DNA of 64,000 nt from Eledone cirrhosa (taxonomy: Eukaryota): NCBI GenBank assembly GCA_964016885.1, contig CAXHJY010000768.1:107147-171146 (forward strand), given 5' to 3'. The position numbers were made by a program, and so were the translations under genes. The notes beneath the pieces are model-generated. The model saw nothing but the letters and a program-made list of their open reading frames with translations, was not told the DNA's origin and made no database searches. Within the stretch, counting starts at the first letter, position 1. Every line of letters begins with the position of its first letter. Below are positions 40,612 to 55,064 of this stretch, in pieces.

Positions 40612-43073
40612 CCTACACGGCCACATTACAGCGTGGACTGTGTGTTTTTTGTCGTGACACCTACACGGCCACATTACAGCGTGGACTGTGTGTTTTTTGT
40701 CGTGACACCTACACGGCCACATTACAGCGTGGACTGTGTGTTTTTTGTCGTGACACCTACACGGCCACATTACAGCGTGGACTGTGTGTTTTTTGTCGTG
40801 ACACCTACACGGCCACATTACAGCGTGGACTGTGTGTTTTTTGTTGTGACACCTACACGGCCACATTACAGCGTGGACTGTGTGTTTTTTTGTTGTGACA
40901 CCTACACGACCACATTACAGCGTGGACTGTGTGTTTTTTGTCGTGACACCTACACGGCCACATTACAGCGTGGACTGTGTGTTTTTTGTCGTGACACCTA
41001 CACGGCCACATTACAGCGTGGACTGTGTGTTTTTTTGTTGTGACACCTACACGACCACATTACAGCGTGGACTGTGTGTTTTTTGTCGTGACACCTACAC
41101 GGCCACATTACAGCATGGACTGTGTGTTTTTTGTCGTGACACCTACACGGCCACATTACAGCGTGGACTGTGTGTTTTTTCTCGTGACACCTACACGGCC
41201 ACATTACAGCGTGGACTGTGTGTTTTTTGTCGTGACACCTACACGGCCACATTACAGCATGGACTGTGTGTTTTTTGTCGTGACACCTACACGGCCACAT
41301 TACAGCATGGACTGTGTGTTTTTTGTCGTGACACCTACACGGCCACATTACAGCGTGGACTGTGTGTTTTTTGTCGTGACACCTACACGGCCACATTACA
41401 GCATGGACTGTGTGTTTTTTGTCGTGACACCTACACGGCCACATTACAGCGTGGACTGTGTGTTTTTTGTCGTGACACCTACACGGCCACATTACAGCGT
41501 GGACTGTGTGTTTTTTGTCGTGACACCTACACGGCCACATTACAGCGTGGACTGTGTGTTTTTTGTCGTGACACCTACACGGCCACATTACAGCGTGGAC
41601 TGTGTGTTTTTTGTCGTGACACCTACACGGCCACATTACAGCGTGGACTGTGTGTTTTTTGTCGTGACACCTACACATCCACATTACAGCGTGGACTGTG
41701 TGTTTTTTGTCGTGACATCTACACGGCCACATTACAGCGTGGACTGTGTGTTTTTTGTCGTGACACCTACACATCCACATTACAGCGTGGACTGTGTGTT
41801 TTTTGTCGTGACACCTACACGGCCACATTACAGCGTGGACTGTGTGTTTTTTTGTTGTGACACCTACACGACCACATTACAGCGTGGACTGTGTGTTTTT
41901 TGTCGTGACACCTACACGGCCACATTACAGTGTGGACTGTGTGTTTTTTGTCGTGACACCTACACGGCCACATTACAGCGTGGACTGTGTGTTTTTTGTC
42001 GTGACACCTACACGGCCACATTACAGCGTGGACTGTGTGTTTTTTGTTGTGACACCTACACGGCCACATTACAGCGTGGACTGTGTGTTTTTTTGTTGTG
42101 ACACCTACACGACCACATTACAGCGTGGACTGTGTGTTTTTTGTCGTGACACCTACACGGCCACATTACAGCGTGGACTGTGTGTTTTTTGTCGTGACAC
42201 CTACACGGCCACATTACAGCGTGGACTGTGTGTTTTTTTGTTGTGACACCTACACGACCACATTACAGCGTGGACTGTGTGTTTTTTGTCGTGACACCTA
42301 CACGGCCACATTACAGCGTGGACTGTGTGTTTTTTGTCGTGACACCTACACATCCACATTACAGCGTGGACTGTGTGTTTTTTGTCGTGACATCTACACG
42401 GCCACATTACAGCGTGGACTGTGTGTTTTTTGTCGTGACACCTACACATCCACATTACAGCGTGGACTGTGTGTTTTTTGTCGTGACACCTACACGGCCA
42501 CATTACAGCGTGGACTGTGTGTTTTTTTGTTGTGACACCTACACGACCACATTACAGCGTGGACTGTGTGTTTTTTGTCGTGACACCTACACGGCCACAT
42601 TACAGCATGGACTGTGTGTTTTTTGTCGTGACACCTACACGGCCACATTACAGCGTGGACTGTGTGTTTTTTCTCGTGACACCTACACGGCCACATTACA
42701 GCGTGGACTGTGTGTTTTTTGTCGTGACACCTACACGGCCACATTACAGCATGGACTGTGTGTTTTTTGTCGTGACACCTACACGGCCACATTACAGCAT
42801 GGACTGTGTGTTTTTTGTCGTGACACCTACACGGCCACATTACAGCGTGGACTGTGTGTTTTTTGTCGTGACACCTACACGGCCACATTACAGCATGGAC
42901 TGTGTGTTTTTTGTCGTGACACCTACACGGCCACATTACAGCGTGGACTGTGTGTTTTTTGTCGTGACACCTAGACGGCCACATTACAGCGTGGACTGTG
43001 TGTTTTTTGTCGTGACACCTACACGGCCACATTACAGCGTGGACTGTGTGTTTTTTGTCGTGACACCTACACG
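40612..43073. repeat. 48-bp minisatellite, ~51 copies, inside an RTE 3'UTR (minus strand, 40425-43385)
   Basis: Unit CCTACACGGCCACATTACAGCGTGGACTGTGTGTTTTTTGTCGTGACA; single-copy in other RTE 3'UTRs of the window. Confidence 0.95.
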
Positions 43074-43090
43074 ATCTCGATCTCATTATC

Positions 43091-43253
43091 TCGGTGGAAT
43101 GGCAGTATCGGTAGAGGGGCGGACGCCATGCTTTGACGCATAGAGTTACGGTCCTTGCCATTCTGAGTTCAAATCCCGCCGAGGTTTACTTTGCCTTTCA
43201 TCCTTACGGGGTCGATAACATAAAGTACCTTGTGCCAAAAGTAGAAACAATTA
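43091..43253 (+). mobile_element. SINE family B inserted in an RTE 3'UTR
   Basis: Matches 940-1135; ATCTC(A) occurs on both sides. Confidence 0.8.
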
Positions 43254-43385
43254 TCTCATTTATTTGGACTGGATGTTGTGGTTCCAACTTTACAGAGAGA
43301 GGGTGGCGTTGGAGGGAGTGGGAGGATAGGGTAGGGGTAGTGGAATGGGGTGTATATTTGGTTAGGAGGTGCCTACTGACTGATT

Positions 43386-43421
<36 letters not shown>

Positions 43422-43539
43422 GGCAGACAGGCAGGCAGACAGACAGACAGACAGACGGACAGATAAATAGATTTTGTCTTTTTACCTTAAAACTCCGTAT
43501 TCATCTCACATGCAAATTCAGGCAAATCCCCTAAAAAAG

Positions 43540-44923
43540 TGACACTGCACCACACCACACCACACCACACCGCACCACTTCGCACCACACACTTCACCCC
43601 ACCAACCCACACTGCACCACACCACACCACACCGCACCACACCACCCCACACTTCACCCCACCACCCCACACTGCACCACACCGCACCACACCGCACCAC
43701 ACCACCCCGCACTTCACCCCACCACCCCACACTGCACCACACCGCACCACATCGCACCACACCACCCCACACCCCACCACACCACACTGTAACCACCATG
43801 CCACTGGACATGAGTTTTATTTGACCACCAATTCAGCAATACTATTAACACCACTACCACCACCACCACCACCACCATCACAACTACCAGGACCAACACC
43901 ACCACCACCACTACAACTACCACAACCAACACTATCACCACAACTCCCACAACCAACACCACCACCACCACCACCACCACTACTACTACTACGATCAACA
44001 CCACCACCATCACCACAACTACCAGGACCAACACCACCACCACCACCACTACTACCACGACCAACACCACCACCACCATCACTGCTACCACCACCATCAC
44101 CACCATCACTGCCACCACTGCCACCACTACTACCACGACCAACACCACCACCACCACCATCACTGCTACCACTACTACCACCACCATCACCACCATCACT
44201 GCCACCACTACTACCACGACCAACACCACCACCACCATCACCACAACTACCACGACCAACACCCCCACCATCACCATCACCACTACTACCACCACCATCA
44301 CCACCACCACTGCCACCACTACTACCACGACCAACACCACCACCATCAGCATTATCACTACTACCACGAAAACCACCACTACAACCACCACAACCACCAC
44401 CACCATCACCACTACTACCACCACCACCACCACCATCACCACCACCACTACTACCACCACCGCCACTACACCACACACAACATAGACACACACACACACA
44501 ACATATCCACACATACACACATATATATACAGACATACATAAACATTTTTACACACACATACACATATACATATATTTCCATACACACACATGAAATTCA
44601 CACGCATACACAGATTCACACACATACACTCATTCACACACATACACACACAAATTCCCCCCCCCCACACACACATTCTCACACACACTCAAATTCACAC
44701 ACACACACTCATTCACACACATACACTCATTCACACACACACACACAAATTCACACACATACACACAAACACTCATACATAGATATTCATGCAAACACAC
44801 ACACGCACACATACCAATAAAAAGATATACACACACATATGGACACACAACACACGCACACAAATATAAACACACACACACATACATACATGACACAAGC
44901 ATACATAGACAAACATACAAAAG

Positions 44924-44959
<36 letters not shown>

Positions 44960-45786
44960 CATATCCACACTACACACACTACAAATATCTGCATAACAAT
45001 ACACACATACATACACATACATACACACATTACACATATACTACACATACACAATACACATTTACACATGCACACACCGACACACACACACACATACATA
45101 TACATAAAGACACAAACAGAGACACACACACACGCACAAAGACACACACACAAAGACACACACATACACAAAGACACACACACACACACACAGACACAAA
45201 GACACACGGACAGACACACACACAGACAACCACACACACACCTTTTACACTATACACACACTTTATTCAGAAACACAAATATACACACATAACATCCACA
45301 CAGATATTACATACTAACACACACACACACACACATAAATATATACACTCTCAGACACGCACTACACACAGACACACTACATACACACTACATACACAGA
45401 CACATAAACATACAGTACAGACAAGCACTCATACACACATACACTACCCCCCATCCCCCACGATGCCCCCCCCCGCCCGCACACACACACACACAATGAT
45501 AACCCCTCATCGTGTCCCCGCCCTTCCCACCACCACCACCACCACCACCACCATGTCCCCCCCCCACACCTCTCTTATGATAAAATACGAAACCATACTT
45601 ATGTCTCAGAGCAATCAACTCTGACAATTCACAGTTTAAACTGTTTGTACAGACAGACAGACAGACAGAGGGACGGACAGACAGACGGAGAGACAGAGGG
45701 ACGGACAGTCAGACAGACAGAGACACAGACAGACAGACAGACAGACAGAGGGACGGACAGACAGACGGAGAGACAGAGGGACGGAC

Positions 45787-45834
<48 letters not shown>

Positions 45835-46007
45835 TGACAGACAGATAGACAGATAGACAGACAGACAGACGGACAGACAGACGGACAGAGGGACGGACAG
45901 TCAGACAGACAGACAGACAGAGAGACGGACAGACAGACAGAGAGACGGACAGAGAGACGGACAGACAGACAGAGAGACGGACAGAGAGACAGACAGACGG
46001 AGGGATG

Positions 46008-46046
<39 letters not shown>

Positions 46047-46246
46047 GGAGGGACGGACAGTCAGACAGACAGACAGAGAGATGGACAGACAGACGGAGGG
46101 ATGGACAGAGAGACAGACAGACAGACAGATAGACAGACAGACAGACGGAGGGACGGACAGTCAGACAGACAGACAGACAGATAGACGGAGGGATGGACAG
46201 AGAGACAGAGAGATAGACAGACAGAGGGATGGACAGAGAGACAGAC

Positions 46247-46317
<71 letters not shown>

Positions 46318-46435
46318 GACAGACAGACAGACGGAGGGATGGACAGAGAGATAGACAGAGAGACAGAGAGAGACAGAGAGAGAGACAGACAGAGAGACAG
46401 GCAGGCAGGCAGACAGATGGACAGATGGACAGATG
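43540..46435. repeat. Simple-repeat block: (CACCA)n, (CCA)n, (CA)n, (GACA)n
   Basis: Direct reading. Confidence 0.9.
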
Positions 46436-46436
46436 A

Positions 46437-48875
46437 ATTTCTGTTTATTTGCCACTAGGGCACAAACGAAAGGGACATGTACATGGGGGGGGGGGGGGGT
46501 TACATATAAATCAAGTAAGAAAAATGTAATAAACAAAATAGTAACAAGAAGGTCCTCAATAGGGAGGGGTCGTTTTGGGGTCACACACACACCCGAAAAA
46601 AAAATGTGCGACCCTTCTCCATGGGAGCACAGAGAGAGGGTGCTCCCTTCTTCCTTTTCCACCTACAAGCTGAGGTAGAGAGAAGGCCCATTCACACGGG
46701 CCATTCTCGCAACTTTCACCCACCTTTCATAAAACTGGCTGGAGTGGAGCACCTCTCTCTCCATCCTGATCCTTCTTCCGAAATGGTATCGGAAGAAAAG
46801 GACCAGTTGTTGGCCGGAAAGAAAGGTGTCCGACCTCAGCCCTTTTAGACGCGTCCACCATATAACCTCTTTTATCATGGCTATTACACAGAGGAAGACC
46901 GCCTCTCCTTCATTTTTGAAGGGGGGAGGCGGCTTGATCGTTACAATGGACTCGGTGGTCAACCTAAATGGTCCCACCCGTGACAGCAGTTGTTCTACAT
47001 AGCCCCACAGATCGGCAACGCCCGGGCAGTGCACCAATACGTGCGCGACGGTTTCCTCGTCACGCATCTGGGACAGATCTTTTTCGAGGGGTCCCTAACC
47101 GGGCGCCCGTGTCTGTAGAGCTTATCCCAAACGGGCAGAGCCCCTTGGTAGCACTGCCAGGCCAAGGACTTCTGGAAGTTGTCCATAGGTCCCGGGCCGA
47201 AAGTCCTACCGAATAGGCTGGCCAGTTCATCCTCCTCCATGCCTAGGGTTTCTCCGAGGGCGTCGTCGCACCCGCTAACCACCAGCCCTCTATAGAATGA
47301 CGAGGTGGAGTCTCCAGCGATAGCCGGGTCCGCCTGCCAGAGAGCCGTGAGTGCCTGGGCACACTCGGTGTGCCAGTCGCCCAGTTTTCTCGGTCTTTGC
47401 TTCACCCAGGACTGCAGCTCGGTGAGCGAGACGAGCTTCGGGAAGGCTCGCCTCACAAACGGGGCCCACACCGGTTGACCGGTGAGGAATACGTGGAGGT
47501 GCCGTAGCCTCAATGCGTGCCTACGCATTTTTAGCCACGGCAACCCCAGCCCTCCTTTCAAAGGGTGTTGACAGCAGATGGATCTCCTCACCAGAGGAGA
47601 CCTCTTCTTCCAAAGGAAATGAAAGAGAGCGCCCTCCATTTTGGCGAGGATCTCAACCGGGCAAGGCACGACAGTCAAGCGGTAATAGATGACGGACGCT
47701 ATGTAAGCGTTCGCCACCTCCGCCCGACCTTTCAGGGATAGTTTGCACTCGGCCCACTTCTGGGTCAGTGCAAACACCCTATTTGTCACCTCACCCCAGT
47801 TTTTCTCCACCTGGAGAACCAGACCCCAAGCAACTTTACCGGGCCCTCCATCCACCGTCCAACAATACCGTCGGACGACATCGTTTTGCCCCTCCACTCG
47901 CCGAGTTGCAAAGCGACTGACTTGTCCTGGTTCAGCTTAGCCCCTGTCAACCTTTCATACTCCTCCAGTAAGGTGCCGATTGAATCGATTTTCGCGGTGG
48001 TCGACACCATTACTGTTATGTCAATGGCGTAGGCCGACACCGCTTTGCGCAATCCCGGTTCCAAAGGGATGCCCTGCAACAACTCCAACTTCCGCAGTAG
48101 TGGCTCGAGAGCCAATACATACAGAAGGGAGGCGAGAGGGCACCCCTGTCGGATGGAGCGGGTGATTTCGAACGGCTCCAAGAGGTAGCCGTTCACCTTG
48201 ACTCTAGAGCAGATGTGGCTGCTGTGCATGGCAGTGATCCAGCCCCTGAAAACGGGTCCGAACCCAGCCGCCGCTAGCACCGCATCCAGGTAACCATGGT
48301 CCACCCTATCGAACGCTTCAGACTGATTTAAATTTATCAGGGCCCCACCAAAGCCGGGTTCGTTCCCAACCCTCTCTATGATGTATCACATGAGGTGGAG
48401 GTTGTCGTGGATGGACCTGGACGGGATAGCGCATATCTGTGCATCTCCCACCAGGCCCCCCCATGGCAAGCGCCAACCTCTTCGCTAACACCTTGGCCAA
48501 AATCTTTAACTCTGCATTTAGCTGAGTTATGGGCCTAAAATTACTAATGTCATCCCCCTTGTTCTCGTCCTTCCTCACTAGCGAGACTACGCCCTTGGTC
48601 ACAGAACAGGGAATTCTCCCGTTCTGTTGCCAGTTGCAATAGACCGCCTCGAGGAGATCGGGGAACAAGTCCGGCATATTAATATATAGTTCGTAGGGCA
48701 GACCATCGAGTCCTGGAGATTTGCGTTTGCCGCATAGGCTCAGCACGTCCCCTATTTCAGCAGCTGAGATCGGCCCGTCGCAGGACCTCACTTCCTTGTC
48801 CGAAAGACGCGGCAGGCCGTCGAGGTATGGACCGAAATCCACATCTCCAACCGGCCCCCCGCCCCTCCCGAACAA
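46437..48875 (-). mobile_element. 5'-truncated Tx1-like LINE ORF2 pseudogene, sister subfamily of 2405-4888
   Basis: KSPGLDGLPYELY, NFRPITQLN, IRQGCPL, GGLGLP, C-terminal Cys motif; frameshifted. Confidence 0.92.
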
Positions 48876-49146
48876 TACTTAAATTTTAATCTGTTATTTT
48901 AATAAATATATATATATACATATATACATATACATACATATACACACACACACATATATATATATATATAGTAATAAGAATATTTATACTTATATATGTT
49001 TAATATACAATTATAAATATGTAGGGTAGTACTAACTACTAGCTGGTTACCGGTATGACAAAAGACTCAATGCAAATTTTCAAGTCTTTTACAGAGCCAA
49101 GATACAAAGTGTTAAAACGCTCAAATCTTAGCTTAATACATTTATT

Positions 49147-49238
49147 TGCTGACAGTTGTTTCTTCTAGAGGGCAGTCTGGAATCATTGGAGCATAGGGAA
49201 TGTCTAAACAGGTGATTAAAATCCTAGTCTTCAGAACA
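49147..49238 (-). ncRNA. Hammerhead ribozyme with long stem II
   Basis: Reverse complement TGTT CTGAAGA CTAGGA...TCTAGAA GAAA CAACTG TC AGCA. Confidence 0.65.
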
Positions 49239-49828
49239 TCTAGGTAGATACATAATTGTTGTTAGTGTCATAGACATCATGTAGAGAATCAGGAGTTAAA
49301 AAGATGTTATGCTTGAGACAACCCAATTAAGAGGTACAGGCAAAAAAAGTTACAAGCAAGGAAAAATGAAAGATAGAATAAACATAAGATATAAGATATC
49401 TTAGCATTGGAGATCAGGTAATGTTAGGGGTATGCAATGTAGGAGTCAATACAATCAATAAGGCATGTATATATATATATATAGAAAGTGGCTTCCTTGT
49501 TCAATCATCTTACCAGAAGCCTGACATTAGTTATGTAAGCGGACGGTACTTGATTTAGGAGCCGCAGAAGCCCATATACTGGATTTTACCAACCTTCCAG
49601 GGGTACGGGTAAATTTTCAATACCCGAATTACTTGATCGTTTTTTTGGGCTATGCGAATGATTGTTTAACCACCGTCTCAGTGTGTTTGGCCTTTAACGT
49701 TTGTTATAGCTCTGGTTCATCTGAACCATTGAGCACTTGCCGCACATCTCGGAGGTTGTTTTTTGTTATTTCGTGGTGGGCCGAAATGCGAATCTCGATA
49801 ATTTATGTTTATATATATATATATATAT

Positions 49829-50170
49829 GGAGGCACATGGCTTAGTGGTTAGAGCATTGGGCTTGCAATCGAAAGGTTGCGAGTTCAATTCTCAGACTGG
49901 GTGATGTGGTGTTTCCTTGAGCAAGATACTTTATTTCACATTGCTCCAGTTTACTCAGCTGTAGAAATGAGATGATAGGGACTGGGGTCCCTATCATTCC
50001 ACTGCAAAGTGGTTGTGGAGGTGCCATGGCAAAAAAGCACCCAGCACTCACTGTAAAATGAGGTTGGTGTTAGGAAGGGCATCCAGCTGTAGAAATCAAG
50101 CCAGAATCAGTTCCCGTCCCACCCTTGCAAGCAGGGAAAAAGCGGTCGTAAAATGAAATGATGATGATGA
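49829..50170 (+). mobile_element. SINE family A
   Basis: Full-length copy. Confidence 0.88.
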
Positions 50171-50394
50171 AATGATATATATATATATAAGTTAAAACAA
50201 TGAAATAAAAAATCAAGTCATTAGAGATATACTTCACTGCTTTACGATCGTTTCTAGATGGTGATAATACATTGTATCTATACAGAAAACAGCTGGTGAT
50301 ATGCATGTAAGTAAATATTCTCTTTATCTGATAGTTTGTAAACTTACATAGATCAATAACTGAGTATAGATAGTATATATACATATATATATCT

Positions 50395-50813
50395 CTATGG
50401 CAGGTAAAATTTCCGAGATCCATGGACGAGTTCTCTCCAGCGGTCTCTGTCCCTCATTATCGCTGCCATGTCCTGCGTCTCCAACAGACCAATGTCTGTC
50501 CTTATGGGAATCAACATACGTTAACCTTGGTCTTCCTCTTCTAGTGTGTCCGTGTAGGGGCTCCCAAAGGAGCACTTAGTGCAATGTCAACTTTGGATGT
50601 CGGTGAGCATGTCCAGGTAACCCCAGTCTCCCTCTTCCAGTGTGTCCATGTAGGGGCTCTCACAGGAGCACTTAGTGCAATGTCAACTTTGGATGTCGGT
50701 GAGCATGTCCAGCCAACCTCTGTCTCCTCTGTGTCACTTTTGAGCTGACTTTTGGGAGGCTCCCATACAGCTCTGAGTTTTTCATCCTCAGTGTATACTG
50801 ATTAATGTTCAGA

Positions 50814-50817
<4 letters not shown>
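50395..50817 (-). mobile_element. RTE-type LINE 3' fragment with internal ~96-bp duplication
   Basis: Same family as 27213-27625; 50545-50630 is repeated at 50641-50725. Confidence 0.8.
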
Positions 50818-50884
<67 letters not shown>

Positions 50885-51194
50885 GTATATATATAATAAT
50901 AATAATAAATGTGAAGACTAAAATCCAAAGAGGGCTCGATAAGGATAAATATTTATCAAATATATAAGAACCATAGAGCAGATATTTATTAAAATAACAG
51001 AAATGCCAGTAGAGGTAGACCTCGAAAAACATGGACGGGGGGTGGTTAGAGCAGATCTCAGATCGCTGAAGCTCACGGAGGAGATGACGAAGGACCGTGA
51101 CAAGTGGAGAGATGTTGTGCTGAATAAGACTCGACTCGACCCCCCCCCCCCCTTGCAAGTAGGGAAAAGCGGACGTAAAATGATGATGATGATG

Positions 51195-51227
<33 letters not shown>

Positions 51228-51252
51228 TACATATATATATACATATATATAC

Positions 51253-51326
<74 letters not shown>

Positions 51327-51384
51327 ACATACATATATATATATATACATATATATACATATATATACATATATATATACATAC

Positions 51385-51435
<51 letters not shown>

Positions 51436-51687
51436 CACATATATATATACACATATATATATATACACATATATATATACATATATATATACATATATAT
51501 ACATATACACATATATATATACATATATATATACATATATATACATATATATACATATATATATACATATATATACACAAATACATATACATATATGTTA
51601 AAGTTTGCTTGAAGCATTGTGAAATGTGTAAAATATGTAGTTAAGAAAGCCACAACGTTGTGGCTTTCTTAACTACGTATTATATAC

Positions 51688-51736
<49 letters not shown>

Positions 51737-52236
51737 CATCTTCGTCTAATGTCCATCTTCCACGACATACATATATATACATACATACACACATATATAC
51801 ATATACATACATAAATATATATATACATATACATATACATACATAAATATATATATACATATACATACATACATACATATAAACATACATACATATAAAC
51901 ATACATACATATATATAAACATACATATACATATATATAAACATACATATACATATATATATATACATATACATATACATACATATATATATATATACAT
52001 ACATATATATATAAATACATATATATATACATATACATACATATATATATATATATACATACATATAAATACATATATACATACATATAAATACATATAT
52101 ATATACATATACATACATATAAATACATATATATATACATACATATATATATACATACATATATATATATCTATCTATATATAAATATATATATATCTAT
52201 ATATAAATATATATATATCTATATATAAATATATAT

Positions 52237-52275
<39 letters not shown>

Positions 52276-52457
52276 AATATATATATATCTATATATAAAT
52301 ATTGTTATACTTTGGGAGGGTCATGTTGCCAATAAGAAACACACGCACCAGTTGCTTTCACTTCAATTTAATTTAATATATATTTATAAATTTACAAATT
52401 TATAAATTTCTGGTTGGTTGGTTGGTTCCACAACCAGATAGTTGTTTATATATATAT

Positions 52458-52502
52458 AGTCATAGTTCTTTCGTCACACACTCTGTGACCTCTTCAGTGA
52501 CT
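52458..52502 (-). ncRNA. Minimal hammerhead ribozyme (inverted pLTR copy)
   Basis: Reverse complement of 55020-55064. Confidence 0.88.
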
Positions 52503-52963
52503 GGGGATTTCTTTCTTCGTTTCTGTGCCTTTCCTTTCTTCTATCCTACGCCATTTTGTTTGTGTGTGGGTTGCGTGCTCAGTTTGCGCATGCGCCACAT
52601 CCGGGTGTCTGTGTGTGTTTGTGTTCATTTTTCTATTTTTCTATTTTTATATTTATATTTGTTTGTTTATTTATTTATTTATTGTTGGTTGGTTGTTTGT
52701 TCTATGTGTGTGTGTGTTTTCATTTTGTCTTGTGTGTGTTTTCATTTTGTGTGTGTTTTCAATTGTAAGTTGTTTATATATGTGTGTGTGTGTTTTCATT
52801 TTGTCCTTAATTGTAAGTTGTGATGTTGCTGTTCCACTCATATTTTCTATTTAATTTTGGTTTTAATTCTTTTATGCTTACTGCCTCTGTAATTTGCCTA
52901 TAATTTGTCTGTAACTACAGACTGTCCTACTTCCTCTCCCTGATCATACGCCCCATCATTGAG

Positions 52964-54715
52964 ATGTCCCCAGATGTGTGTGACAGCACGGAGGACCTCC
53001 TCAGCAGAATCGACGCGGGTAACCGATCTGGGGACCTAACAAACTGCATAATAGGCAGTATGGATGTTGTGTCCCTGTATCCATCTATTGACGTGGATTT
53101 TGCTGTGGAGAAATGCGTCGAAATGATCAGCGAGAGCAAGGTTGAGTTCCGTGGGATTGATACCAGTGAGCTGGGACTTCTACTTAAGCTTACCCATAGT
53201 AATAGTTACCTAGACACTTATGACCTTAGCAACCTGTGCCCTACAAGACCAGCAAGAGGCAGACCACCTACCATTACCTCAATGGCCAAGAAAACCCACA
53301 CAGATAGATGGAACGGGTGGACCAGAGCCATACGGACACCCGAAAACCACGATGAACTGAAGAAAATGATTGCACATGCGGTAGGGGCCAGCATAAAATT
53401 AACCCTTAAGGAACATATGTTCAAATTTAATGGTAAAACATATGCCCAAGAGGAAGGAGCAGCCATTGGTGTTAGCATTGCAGGCGACATAGCTAACTTG
53501 TTCATGGTATGGTGGGACAGTAGACTTAAACAAAAACTTAAAGAACAATTAGAAGACAGATTAACCCTGATAATGTACTCCCGCTACGTAGATGATATAA
53601 ACATCGTAGTTAAGACACCCCCACTAAAGAACAGTCAGGAACCTGAGAAAAACACAATGGAAAGCATCCAGCAAATAGCAAACTCCATCCACCAGAGCAT
53701 TAGAGTTACTATAGACTACCCAAGTAGACACCCCAACCATCGATTACCTGTACTAGACACAGAGCTCTGGTTAGATACTATTAACAACCAAAAACAAATC
53801 CTCCATTCCCATTATGCCAAACCCATGACTTCCAAACATCTGATCCACCGAAACTCGGCCATTTCGGACCATACCAAAATCAACATACTGATTGCGGATT
53901 TGGTACGGGTGATGAGAAATGTGTCCCGCATGTGCAACCCCGAAGAACTAGAGAGACACATACAACACTTCATCCACCGTATGCAGTTCTCTGGCTACAA
54001 TCAGAGAGATAGAATCAGAGTGTATAAAGGAGCCAGAACCAAATGGGAAAAAATGGTAAATAATGACATAAATGGGACCTGCCCCTTGTATAGGAGCAAA
54101 TTTTGGAATAGAATAGAAAGAACTAAGAACAAGGCCAATAGAATAAACTCATGGTATGATAGCAATAAATACCAGAGTGTAATGTTCATCAATACAACCC
54201 CTAGAGGTGAACTAGCCTACAAATTTAGAAGGGCCCTAAAGAAACATAATCTCAATATTAAGATAGTAGAAAGACCTGGTACCTCCGTAAAAACACTTAT
54301 TAGCAAGACATACCCGTTCCAAAGACCCTCATGTATAGATAAGAAATGTATAACCTGTAAAATAAGCCCCCATATTAACTGTAAAACTAGAAATGTAGTA
54401 TATAGCATAAGATGTACTGAGGGACAATGTAGAAACAAAAATATAGTGTACATAGGTGAGACAGCTCGTAGTATAGGGGAACGAATAAATGAACACTGGC
54501 GAGACCTCCAAGATAGTAAAGAATCATCTGTGCTCTACCAACATGCTAAGATAGAACACAGGGGTAAATTAGAGAGCATAGAAATAAAAATAGAATCCAC
54601 ACACAAGAAAGACGCAATGTTTAGGCAAATTACAGAGGCAGTAAGCATAAAAGAATTAAAACCAAAATTAAATAGAAAATATGAGTGGAACAGCAACATC
54701 ACAACTTACAATTAA
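52964..54715 (+). CDS. Penelope-like reverse transcriptase plus GIY-YIG endonuclease (N-terminally truncated)
   Basis: SMDVVSLYPSI, QEEGAAIG...IANLFM, YSRYVDD, LPVLD; Cys linker CIDKKCITC...C; NVVYSIRC...YIGETARSIGERINEH. The frame is open from 52904 at the inversion junction. Confidence 0.93.
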   Translation: MSPDVCDSTEDLLSRIDAGNRSGDLTNCIIGSMDVVSLYPSIDVDFAVEKCVEMISESKVEFRGIDTSELGLLLKLTHSNSYLDTYDLSNLCPTRPARGRPPTITSMAKKTHTDRWNGWTRAIRTPENHDELKKMIAHAVGASIKLTLKEHMFKFNGKTYAQEEGAAIGVSIAGDIANLFMVWWDSRLKQKLKEQLEDRLTLIMYSRYVDDINIVVKTPPLKNSQEPEKNTMESIQQIANSIHQSIRVTIDYPSRHPNHRLPVLDTELWLDTINNQKQILHSHYAKPMTSKHLIHRNSAISDHTKINILIADLVRVMRNVSRMCNPEELERHIQHFIHRMQFSGYNQRDRIRVYKGARTKWEKMVNNDINGTCPLYRSKFWNRIERTKNKANRINSWYDSNKYQSVMFINTTPRGELAYKFRRALKKHNLNIKIVERPGTSVKTLISKTYPFQRPSCIDKKCITCKISPHINCKTRNVVYSIRCTEGQCRNKNIVYIGETARSIGERINEHWRDLQDSKESSVLYQHAKIEHRGKLESIEIKIESTHKKDAMFRQITEAVSIKELKPKLNRKYEWNSNITTYN

Positions 54716-55019
54716 GGACAAAATGAAAACACACACACACATATATAAACAACTTACAATTGAAAACACACACAAAATGAAAACACACACAAGACAAAAT
54801 GAAAACACACACGCACATAGAACAAACAACCAACCAACAATAAATAAATAAATAAACAAACAAATATAAATAGAAAAATAGAAAAATAGAAAAATGAACA
54901 CAAACACACACAGACACCCGGATGTGGCGCATGCGCAAACTGAGCACGCAACCCACACACAAACAAAATGGCGTAGGATAGAAGAAAGGAAAGGCACAGA
55001 AACGAAGAAAGAAATCCCC

Positions 55020-55064
55020 AGTCACTGAAGAGGTCACAGAGTGTGTGACGAAAGAACTATGACT
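55020..55064 (+). ncRNA. Minimal hammerhead ribozyme in pLTR
   Basis: AGTCA CTGAAGA G GTCACA-GAGTG-TGTGAC GAAA GAAC TA TGACT. Confidence 0.9.

Noticed and set aside
40501-43161. Repeat-protein ORFs, or a CRISPR-like array
   Set aside because: 48-bp tandem of RTE 3'UTR sequence; frames shift at poly-T length variants and there are no spacers.
43539-44688. Extensin-like Pro-rich and Gly-rich ORFs
   Set aside because: (CCA)n-derived simple repeat, open in several frames, with no splice signals recognised.
49480-49805. Possible HHR ending GAAATGCGAATC
   Set aside because: No matching CUGANGA or stem I found upstream.
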